Source of the DNA: Fimbriosthenelais zetlandica
Lineage: Eukaryota
Direction: 5' to 3'
DNA length: 33,000 bases
NCBI GenBank assembly: GCA_977030845.1
Contig: OZ365110.1
Coordinates: forward strand, 11,408,001 to 11,441,000
Below are positions 22,307 through 32,998 of the stretch, piece by piece (position 1 is the first letter of the stretch; every line of letters starts with the position of its first letter). The translations under genes and the position numbers were made by a program. The notes under the pieces were generated by a model, which was given only the letters and a program-made list of their open reading frames with translations, was not told where the DNA came from and ran no database searches.

Positions 22307-24224
22307 GTAAGACCGGCTGGGAGCCGTCACTTTAAGCTGAACCGTACATTATGCAAGGACAATAAAACACAAAGTTATGAGCGGCAGGAAGAACAATGTA
22401 TTTTCAGGATTCCAGCCCATTTAATAACAAACTACCAATGGAAAATTGCTAGTAATATGATACAGGCTTAAAATTTGACAAGCTTAATGAGTTCAGTTAA
22501 TTGCTCTCATCGATTTGCAATTGGTTACTTGATCCCTGCAGTTTTGAAGTACTTTTCCTTCCCATAATAAAAACTTATAGATCAGCAGACCGTTTCATAT
22601 AAACGATACATTTCTGACAAGTCTGTGGGCAGACACTGGGTAGTTTCAGTGTTAAAAAGTCCATAACTCCATGCAACTGGCTTCAAAAATTTGGTCCAGT
22701 GACGGTCATGAAATACTATAATACATGTACGTTAATTTATGAAGATCCATTAACGAACTACAAATGTTGTCCCTTTGATAGCCCTAGGACATCAGAAAGC
22801 AATATCAAGCATGAGGATTGAGAAATGTTATAAAGTTTGGATGTTGACCTTGTTTTGTTATAAATATGATGAGTACTCATAGAAAAGTCAACACTATAAC
22901 ACTGGTAAGTGATTGGTTTGAACCAACCCAAAAAAATGTGCCCTCATACAAAAATCGAACACGTCAGGGGTATGTTTCAGCGTAGAGTTTTCCCATAGAC
23001 TTAGCATTGCTAATGTTTGTTCTGAACCTGGCCCCATGTCTACCTTTACTGAAAGGGGTACAATGTAAATATTGTGAAACCTCATTAGAAAAAGATCTGA
23101 AACCCTTTTAGTCTAGTCATGTGTTTTATAGACACAATGCTATTTAGCTTATGGTTTTCCGATGCTATACTCTCAACGTATATAATTTTACAGTTGGTAA
23201 TAGAGGCAATTACAGAGAGCCAAAATCGATGGCCCTGCCACCTAGTGTATGACAAAAAACCTCCAATTGAACTTCAGATGAAAACATGGCCACTTCCGGT
23301 TCATGTGTATTGTCATAGGTTGGGAGCGGGAATACACAAACGGTTCACAAAAAAACCTTTCCTAAAGGTGTATATATAATGTCCCCTTTCCACTTTTCCG
23401 TGGATGTCATACATACCTTTTACGTTCAGTTATTCTCACATTAATAACATTAATTGCACAGGGAAGTCCTTTAAATCAGCCATGTTATTTACATCACTGT
23501 CCTTGGGTACCTTTCCTATAAGGCCTCATACACTTTGACTGGTAAGAAACAGGAAGCGGAATTATAGGTGATTCCTTAAAGCGCCACTGATATGATTGGT
23601 TTTCATTGGGGGAACTAAAATTGCTATATGTAATTGCCTCTATTATCTGAGTAAAACGGGTTGCCTACTTTCTGTTGACAACAAATTTTGGACATGAATG
23701 AAGACCATGCCGTCCTCCATATCTGCTAAGCCTAATGCCAACAATTCACGAGAGAACTATAAACACTGCTAGCTTTGTGTGTGACAAAGCTCGAGGTCGG
23801 AAGCCGCAGGTGACCCTCATGCCAGAGGTCACCAGGAAGTCTTCTAGGCTGCCTGGCTGTCTGGATGGCATTCTTAACAGGAATGAGAACAAGGAATATC
23901 CTAGGGAAGAATTTGATGCCCATGCCACAGAAGAAAGGTCCGACGATGGAATGCATGCATACAATCATGCACATTTGAATAAGCTGTTCTACTACTATAA
24001 ATCTCCCATACATGACACAGCTAATTTACTCCTCTAACACTGTCTATGGGACAGGGAAGGAGTTATATAATCCAAAGGTCAGCATACAAGCTTTTCCCAA
24101 ACAGTGTGTACGTCATGCAGGCGAACAAACCCCTGACAACCAAAAGCGGGCCGATGGGTAACATTATTTGAAATAATGTATAATTGCAGTCAGAAGAATA
24201 ATCATACAGATGTCAATGTAAAAG

Positions 24225-24276
24225 ATGCCTGCTAAAAGTAAAATGTTATAACATTTACAGTTCTTTTAGCAGACAT
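24225..24276. repeat. 52-nt near-perfect palindrome
   Basis: ATGCCTGCTAAAAG pairs with CTTTTAGCAGACAT (13/14) around a core centred on GTTATAAC. Confidence 0.75.
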
Positions 24277-24547
24277 TTAACTTTTTGCTCAGCTTTTAAG
24301 TTCAGGTTTGACTAATTTTCCGGGGAGTTACGAAGACAGTAACTATGTTGAGGTTCACGCCACTTCTCTGATATATGGACGTCTTAATATACGAGGATAT
24401 ATGAGGTTTAACATAGCCTTGTACATAATTTAACAGTGCTGTGAAAAAGTAGGCAAAATCTTGCCGCCAGGCATATCATTGTCCCACAAGGCTTTTCTCC
24501 TCTAATACCAAATTATGCGACAAGGAATTCTCTCCTCTCTGAAACAG

Positions 24548-24600
24548 GGTAGGACACAAAGATGATGTATGCCAGGAAGGAGAGAACACGCCTGAGGCAG
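24548..24600 (+). CDS. candidate internal exon (VGHKDDVCQEGENTPEA), product unknown
   Basis: TTCTCTCCTCTCTGAAACAG acceptor, CAG|GTAAAA donor, single open frame (phase 2 to 1). Confidence 0.2.
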
Positions 24601-26001
24601 GTAAAATCATGGGAGAAGGGATTCCAACACACTAGCTCAACCCTGCCAACATTTGTCGACTTTGATTAGCCAAATGAATGTGAGCACTAGAGTAAAGTTA
24701 CACAGCAGATGGCGAGCGAATTGGGCACCTGCGTCCGATTATGTTGATTTATTATAAGGATTCTGTACTTTTCATGCAAGGTTAGATGAGAGTTTTGGAA
24801 GCCGCAGCGGCCTGTTTTGGTGTAACAAATTGTGCTACGTTCAAGTCCCATTGATACACAGGGAATAAAGCGGGGTATCATTCGAAAGTACGATTGGGTC
24901 CCCAGATTTTAAGCACAAAAGTAAACGTTTATTCTTATTTTTGTAAGACCATAATTATAATTCATGCCTCTACTCAAAATATTTAGCAAAACTCGACGAT
25001 TTTTGAGATTCTGCTTCCTGACTACAATCATTTGATTATAATCTCCCTACATTTAGGCCAGTAAGACTGAGTTATGCCATATAAATATAGATAGATAATA
25101 TCATACAAATTAACCCAGGCTTTTGAAAGTCCTCTGTATTGGGAGTTAAAACTGCCTTTGAACCATTTAGAGACAATTTCCTAAGTCAGATTTTTCATAA
25201 TATACCCAAGCGAGCTGTCCAGGATAGGGAGGAAGTGAGACTCGGAGAGGGAGGGAAGGAGGGAGAGCCAGGGGGGAGAGACATATAGAGAACGAAAACA
25301 GTTTCAAGAGGTATTTACTTCTGTCTGTCAGCCGTGGAGACTTCAGAAGGGAGAGGTTAGCCTTCTGGGCAGTATTAATTTAGGTCTGGACCCTGGCTTT
25401 TGTCTGTTCTCCCCCATGTAACAGGTAGTCTAAAGGATGGTCGTTTTTTGTCTTGCTCTATGACATCAACAAGACACAGTATGGCTGGTCATTCATCATT
25501 GAGAGGAGCGGTTTGGAGCACTTCCAGAGCACCTCCTGACACTTATTTGATGGATTGTGCTCGCCAGTGTACTACAGTGACCAGAGTCCAACAGAGACTC
25601 TGTCTGAGTTGATTTCATTTCTTCTAAAGACTAAGCCACAAATCGTGAAAATCTCGACCCTTAAATGTTTTAAAACTTTGTTATTTCCTTCTACAAAGTT
25701 GTCATGGAACGAGGCAACCACGAATGTCCGTATAAAGCAGTTCTTCCTTTAATTTTACAGGGTACGTTTCAGAAGAGAAATATGCTATTATTAGCCCAAA
25801 GATAAGCATGTATAATTATTATAAAAGAAAACCTACTGTAGATATATTTTTATATAAACAATTAGCTCTTGGGGCCATCCATATGTAACCTTTTGCTAAC
25901 AATTTTACTCACCCACATGCATCGTCATAATAACATTATCGTGAACACAAAACGCCCTTCAGGTGTGTTACATAATACATGTACATAGATCTAATCTTTA
26001 G

Positions 26002-26526
26002 ATATATAAACGATTGTTGATCAACAAATGGTCCACTACACAAGGGTTCACCTGGATTCCATGCCCATATATAACCTCATTCTGTCAGGCTATTACGAAC
26101 TGCCAACGGCGGGGTTTATCTCCAAATATGGCTTCAAACAGTATAGATGGGCCATGCCCTCACTGCGGCAAATAGACACGTGCGCCCTTACTTCCGCTTC
26201 AATCAATTTTCAAATTAAGCCTTAATGAGTATATTGGCTGGAAATTTCCGGTGACAAGGTGCCCAGATTGCCTCAGTACATTCAACCACGCTTGGAATGC
26301 AACCCCCATGTTTCTTGCACAGGCGCCTGAAGAAAGGGAGTCAGCAAAAGGACAGGAATGCAGCAATGAAATGCGAGCAGGCATGCATGCATACGAGTGA
26401 GGAATCATGGGCGAGGTGGCAGGCCACAGCGTGCTGGGTCACCCAATATGCATGCATGATCACATGTTTTTGTGCCCGTTTTTCCGGCTCACCGCCACCC
26501 GGCTCCCCCCAGATGTAAATCGATAG
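26002..26526 (+). pseudogene. decayed coding-like block with paired CxxC motifs, possibly a KDZ-type transposase CxC5-like zinc-binding remnant
   Basis: About 175 codons in one frame with two internal stops (TAG 26173, TGA 26398): CPHCGK*TRAPLLPLQSIFKLSLNEYIGWKFPVTRCPDCLSTFNHAW. Resemblance to CxC5 is from recollection of the family pattern, not a search. Confidence 0.3.
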
Positions 26527-26839
26527 CCTCAGAGATAAGACGAAGCCAAACTGGTCCACAGCTGACTGATTTAAGGTAGAAGAAAAGAAAACAATGGCTT
26601 ATTCACAAGATTATTTTTGTATAATTCTTGCCTGCAGGCATTACGTTCCACGCCTGAGTGGAGAATAATTACGATGAAGGTCAGAATTCACAGAGAAGCA
26701 GTTCAAAGCAATTAAACTGGGTCATAGAACTCCCGCGCAGGCCTATGGATTAACTTTTGCTTACATTGTATTGATTATATTATAGCACATACAGCCATTT
26801 TGGAAATATAAATATATATACATTCCACCATTTAAGGAG

Positions 26840-26904
26840 CAGGACCCTATTTCATAAGGAATACATGTATAGGTTTAGAATTTCTAATTTGAAACGGGCC
26901 CCTG
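26840..26904. mobile_element. mini-MITE copy, same family as 8519-8591
   Basis: CAGGACCCTATTTCATAAGGAATA at the left end and TTTGAAACGGGCCCCTG at the right end. Confidence 0.6.
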
Positions 26905-27243
26905 GTCGATGTGAATCCAATGGCGGATTTGCACATCACTTGACCTGCACCCAAGCTTGCTTTGGGAGCAACAGCAGAACACAAAGCTTGGGTGCAGAAC
27001 TTTACATAACTTACCTGACGAGCAAATGTTCTGGTTCAATGTACATGTATGTGTAAATGGACTACTCCACCAAATAATAATAGTCGATGTTCACTAAAAA
27101 AAATATGCTAAAACTTGATAGAGGAAATAACGAAATACATCTAGGGTAATCAAAATAGCGTGCATGATGCTAAACAAAATAGATAGCATAACGTCAATTA
27201 GACCTTCATGTACAATCCTATTGATGAAGCAATTTAGTGTTGA

Positions 27244-27660
27244 ATGAATGTGCCGAGATCCACTCAAATAATAATGCACCTGTTATGTCCATTTAGGGAA
27301 GTAGACACATTTTCTTGGATCGGGGGGAAGAGGGTGAAGCATGTTCTTATAGGGTTGTTTGGAAATACATGCATCATGCATTCCAGATCCAAAGCGTGCA
27401 GCCATGTTGACATGCGAAGCGGGCATTTGGGGGAATGGCCCAACAATTGGCCAACCACCTGTTTGCAAATGCCTAAAGCGACTGCCAATTTCCTTACAGT
27501 GTTTCTGAAGCCCCATATCAAACGGTGCAAACAACAACCATCCAAACATCCTTTGACGAGTCAGAATATATTAGTAGTAAGATATAAAGGGCATGCAATG
27601 CATTTGCCTCACTTTTCAATGCAGCGCCACACAGCGTTGGGGAGGTGCTACTCGGGCTAG
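27244..27660 (+). other. coding-like block open in several frames on both strands, identity unknown
   Basis: 138-aa + ORF overlapped by three - strand ORFs in the track; potential CCATTTAG acceptor (27296) and GTA|GTAAGA donor (27576). Confidence 0.2.
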
Positions 27661-29885
27661 CAGCATTATCTCTTTGAATGACACGTGCAAGCATGCAAGA
27701 TAAGGCCTTCCTTGACAATGAGGACATGTACACAGGAACCAGGTGTTCGTGAAGAGAAATCAAAATACAAGGACAGAAGTCCTCTTGACACACAGCCACA
27801 GCACATGTGTTTTTCTTCCTTTGTTTTTGCAGGCAATTGTGATGGAAAAATATGAAGTATAACAGAGACAAATCACTGCATGTGCATGCATAAGCTTTTA
27901 CTTGCAATATAATCCTTGAATGTTGTTTCCCGTTCAAGTTTAAAAAAAACAAGTGTATTATAATACAATAATATTAGATAATTACTTTACAGACTTATAG
28001 GCGACAAATAGTTCATGGAGAAGGGGTTTTAACAAATCAGCCTAACATAATTCATTATGATTAAATGCATTGTACATATAGAAAACAGTGCAGGGATTAT
28101 AATTCAAGGGTTCACTTAACAGTGAAGATTACTGGGGATAATCGTGTGACCCATTTTGGTCTCATAAAATCGGAACAAATATTACACTTGAAATTGTTAA
28201 GTGCACGTTCATTTGGCAGCCTCAAATAAGGATCCATTTATGGTTATGAGAGGTCAATGGCCTGAAAATGGGGGTCTTTGTCCAGGGCTCACTTTCATAA
28301 AAAAACATTGTGCAACTTCATTAACATCCCATGGCCTTACATTATGCAACACCTTTTCCTATTATGAAATAGACCCCTGGATCACCCATTCTAAATGATT
28401 GTCCTATGTTTCGATTTTGGTATTGTACTCCTTGTGATGTGTTGAAATTTTAGTGGATAATGTAAAGTAAAATGTTCGGTAAAGTCAGTATGTCCCCATA
28501 AAGTCTTCTGCATCCATCCATCCATCCCACTTCCTGCTGAGTACCATTAATCTTCACAAACTAAAAAAAAATCTATCTTCAATATCCGAGAGAGGAATCA
28601 CTGATCTTAAAAATGGGTTGGTATTTTATGACCAGTACCTAATTGCTTCGATGCTTAAAAAAAAGAAGGAAGGCACAAGCAGTTGATATTTTGCAGCTTG
28701 CAATTAGGGCCGGGCGCTTTTATTATACCCAGAATATGATCAGTCCATACCTAAACTGTATTGGGGATTTGTATCCCAACCCCAGGTTGATGAATACAAA
28801 TTATCAACTCCCCATTTAATAATACATTTTAGTCATTTGACTAAACGTTTGGACCCTCATTGGCTCTCAATTAAACCAACCCCTGGACTGCCCTGGCATC
28901 AAGCCTCTGATGGTTCCAGCTATATCATATAATTATAAGTGCTCCATTCAAAGACAAACATATATATTCTATGGCTATAGAATACTGTTTCCATGGGAAC
29001 TGTCACCAATAAAATAATTAAAATTAGTTGTTTCCCATCTACATTATATGACTACATAGCCTCCTGAATAAAGTTTATACCTCAGAAATCGGCATGGAAA
29101 TAATTAAATAATTTCTTTTTGTGAAATTCATGAAAAGTAGTATTATCCCCAAATTCGATCAAGACAAAATTGCCCCAGTCTTTCAGAAGATTGACACTTG
29201 TCCGAGATGAACTTCTAAAGGCGACTTCAAGTATAATGGACTGTCTCAATGGGTCGTTTTACATTGGTGCCATTGCTCAAACGTAACCTCAAGTCAATGA
29301 CCTTAGCGCGCATCTCAACCTATAAAAAAACAAGCCTTTGGGTTAGTCCTTCCGCTGCTTAAGTCTATGGGGAATTTTTATGATGAAACAGGCCCCTACT
29401 ACTGTGAATATAGACGCATTGCTGAGCTCAACTGACATAAATTATATATATATATATCTTCGTATAGTATTACTATTTTTGATGAATTATAAGCTAGCTC
29501 ATTGATGTTACCCGATTATAAGTTGGATCGTATATATTATGTTTCCCTGATAGCCATATTAAACATTAATTTTTTAATGCTATCACTTAGGCCTATGTGT
29601 TAATTTCAGTATGACGCATTATTGGTTTATCGCTTTAGTGGATCCCACATGTTTTACAGCTCACTGCCTCATGTGTAATGTTTGACGTCTTCCGCATCAT
29701 AACCCCCTGTTTTACCCATCATCTGCTCTCTGTTTAATCAGAGTACTTTGCCCTGAGTCGCAGCCTCCCTCTCTCTTTCCCCATCTCACAGCTTTCAACA
29801 CCCTCTACTTGATTCATGGGGAACGTTTATTACAGCCGAGAAGGCCGAGATGGCCATAGTTTTTCATTAAATTTTATAGTATGTC

Positions 29886-29955
29886 CAGGGGCCTGTTTCA
29901 ATTACATAACTGCAAATCTATGTCTAATATTGCTATCCTTTGAAACAGGTTCCAG
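29886..29955. mobile_element. mini-MITE copy, same family as 8519-8591
   Basis: CAGGGGCCTGTTTCAA ... TTTGAAACAGGTTCCAG; internal AATCTATGTCTAATATT resembles AAGTCTATGGCTAATATT of the 8519 copy. Confidence 0.7.
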
Positions 29956-29965
29956 AATGAAACTA

Positions 29966-30330
29966 AAGCCCCTGTCACACTATGTACTATTTTTCATAAA
30001 GGTTGGGTCATTTCGCTGTGACATGTTTGCGAGGTTACACAAGGGTGTACTGTAAGATGCTTGCGAGGTGGTTGCGAGGCTTATGACATGTGTAGAACAT
30101 TCGTGAGTGCGATACACATCCAAAAGTCTACGACAGTGTACATAGTTTGCGAGGTGTTTATGAGGAGCTTGCATACTTGTGCAAGTAGGGAATGTTGTGT
30201 CCATTTTTCATGCACAGTGTTCCACGACAATCTTTCTAGCAGTATAAAAGTTAAAATATCTCGTAAGCAGTCGTAAACCTACATTTTGTCCTGGTTTACT
30301 ATGGCTTACGACATGTTTGAGTATGGTTGT
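29966..30330. mobile_element. truncated non-autonomous element with TTGCGAGG and TCGTAA sub-repeats
   Basis: Starts AAGCCCCTGTCACACT after TA, similar to the GCCCGAGTCACACT end of the 3638 element. TTGCGAGG occurs four times; no right TIR found. Confidence 0.45.
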
Positions 30331-31253
30331 GCTTGCGTACTCTGTGCGAATGTATACAACTGTGTATGACTTTGCAAATCTGATGTACGGATAAAAACTA
30401 ACATTTTCATTTTTTTTAATTAGTTGATGCTATACCGACTGCATCATTATTAACTGCAATAGCCACCGGAAGGGCAACATTTTCCCTTCCGTTGTTTTCA
30501 CGTGGTAATCCCTATAAATTTATAGGAAAGTGGGCGGACATGGTGGTGGTATGTGGCAGATCTGTAGGTATAATCCCTCCCTCCTATATACAACCCACTT
30601 TGGGGATTAATGGTCCGGTGTAATGGGGAATAATGACTTCACAAGGTGCCTCGGCCTTCCACTAAGCTTGCAGTGTTTCATCAACACAATTTGGTGGTGC
30701 AGTGAGGGGGACAATTGAAAACAGGAGCGTGACGTAGAGGCTTCATCCACCTCATTACGTCAATGGTTGCAGAATGGGCTCACACACCCAAACAAAGCCG
30801 GGTCTCACCTCCTTCCACAGTTCATCACTCAAAGGTAATTAAATCAGGAGAGGTTTTTTAAATACAGAAACAAAAATTATCTGAAATGAGACCTAAATTT
30901 CACATTTTGTCACGAGATTCTGCAGGGAACTGCACCCCTTACCTTGTTTTTTATGGGCAGTATATTACATGATTGTATAGGTGCGGAGTATCATGGCTCT
31001 CCACTTTTTCGGTTAATGCGCAGTTTGTATTGTTTTTAACAGGAAGTGTTCAAATAAGTATATATATTTTATTATGGCCATAACAACACCACAGAGAACT
31101 GAAATCGTTCCAGTGTGTTCTGAGTGATAGCCCTAAAGAGAAAGTTGATACAACTACAGAGTGGCAAAAGTCCCATTGAAAAATCAATGTTGACGCTCAA
31201 AATGGCTGTAAAGGAAATGTGATGTGACTTTTTGATATCCTCTGGGCCTGTAG

Positions 31254-31334
31254 ATTCATGGTCTTCCAAGTGACTAAACACAGGGCCGAGCATTGGTGGC
31301 CTGACGAGCTGCTTGCGAGCTTCTCTGGGGTCCG
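31254..31334 (+). CDS. candidate internal exon (FMVFQVTKHRAEHWWPDELLASFSGV), product unknown
   Basis: TTTTTGATATCCTCTGGGCCTGTAG acceptor, strong CCG|GTAAGC donor, 81 nt, single open frame (phase 2 to 2). Confidence 0.3.
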
Positions 31335-32896
31335 GTAAGCACAGGAGCGTTAAAACGACACGATCATCTGCCCCAATCCCTGGACACTAGGTCATCGTGT
31401 CTAGCTTATATCAAACCTGGCAAGCACCGAAACATGCAACATCATGACAGAGCCAGCTCAGTGCAAAATACAGGCAATACTGCAGCTTATACCTCGGTGT
31501 ATCAACATTCAAGTGTATACGTTCTCTCTTTTTCTCTTTCTCTTTCTACTCCTGCTTTAGGGGTGGTGAGTATAGTGGGAACGGGAAAGGGAGAGTGGTA
31601 CGAAGAACAAGGGAAGATCCCTGTTGACAAATGACATATCTCTCACGTTTAATGTAGTCTGCGGTCTGTATCCCTCGGAGGGATGAAGGGAGAGGGTTCC
31701 TTTTAACTTCCTACAAGAGAGGGAACCTTTTGTGTTGCAGTACATAGCGGGATATATTGAATTTATGCGAGTGGGCCTAATGGAAAAGAGTCTATAGATA
31801 CACGTGATAGTGATTGAGGGATTCAATTAGAAGATACAATATGATATCTTATAGTGATTCGCCGATGAAAATGCATACAAAGTACATTCAACATGATCCC
31901 TGAATGAGTTCTTCGCAGCAAATATCTGCGAAATAAAACATACTCCATTTGGCTGACTTGAGCGTGTCAGTAACCGTAAAAGCGAAAGGCTTCTCAGTAC
32001 ACGTAATTCACGGGGGGAGTGATTGGAGTCAGTTATCAGCGTGTCATAAAGCATTCCCTCACTTTTATATTTCATAGTCTCCGCAGGAGCCACACATGCC
32101 TCCCTTCACCACCACCTGTCATTCCAGCATCATACTGTAACTTTAAACCTTCTATCCCACAGCCAGCGTCCCACTGGCCTTAATTCCACAAGATGAAAAC
32201 CCATGTCAGTGCAAATGAGACTGGCATCACACCGTGGCTTCACCAAGCCTTCACGTGGCTTCAATAGAAGCCGCTAGGGAAGAGACACCACACATTGAGC
32301 GTATCAGTGAGGCGCATGCTTGCGTAACACCCAGCTTTTGTCCCTTCACTGAATACGGGCCAGCGACGGAAATTGTACAGAGAAATCGCCCCGTCGCACG
32401 GGAAATGAGATTGCACGACTAGAGGTGAACAGTTTGAAGGCTATCATGAAACTGCCTCAATTTTCCTCGCTGAGGATATTGGCTGGCTAATGAAATGTAT
32501 AAAAACGCGCTGAGGACTTGTTCCTTGGGGCTTCTTAACCAATTCATATTGACGGTCCGGGCATATTAGCGGTGTGCAAAAGGCGATTGTAGCTGGCGAT
32601 AAGTGTTTTTCTCCGCAGTGCATGAAAGCGACCAGGAAATTATAAAGAACAGCTGAATGCATGTAATCTATACAAGAAAATAGCTATAAACAAACGTAAG
32701 TTTAGATACGGATGATACAATAGTTTATCACGACATAGTCAAAAAAATTTGGACCTTATAGCCGGGCCTATAATTATAGTGCCTATTATGAAGGTTTCAT
32801 GAAACGGTGGAAGGAAGTAATAGGCATATATATAGATTCACACTCTCCTTATAATTATATCCTACATGTTTTGTAATAAGGCTAATATTTGGATTG

Positions 32897-32998
32897 CAGA
32901 GGCCCGTTTCAAAAGAGACGCTGTATTAGTCCATTTATAACTTAACATTCACCAATAACTTTCTTTCGGAATTGAACTTTCTTTTGAAACGTGCCTCA
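32897..32998. mobile_element. mini-MITE copy, same family as 8519-8591
   Basis: GAGGCCCGTTTCAAAAGA (32899-32916) matches the reverse complement of TCTTTTGAAACGTGCCTC (32980-32997) at 17/18. Confidence 0.65.

Noticed and set aside
27008-27020. ACTTACCTG resembling the U1 snRNA 5' end
   Set aside because: Downstream sequence does not match U1; it is simply a - strand CAG|GTAAGT donor-like site.
29240-29322. - strand LRLRLSNGTN after a strong acceptor, SRCR-like start
   Set aside because: No EGRVEV motif or cysteine pattern; the frame closes after 30 codons.
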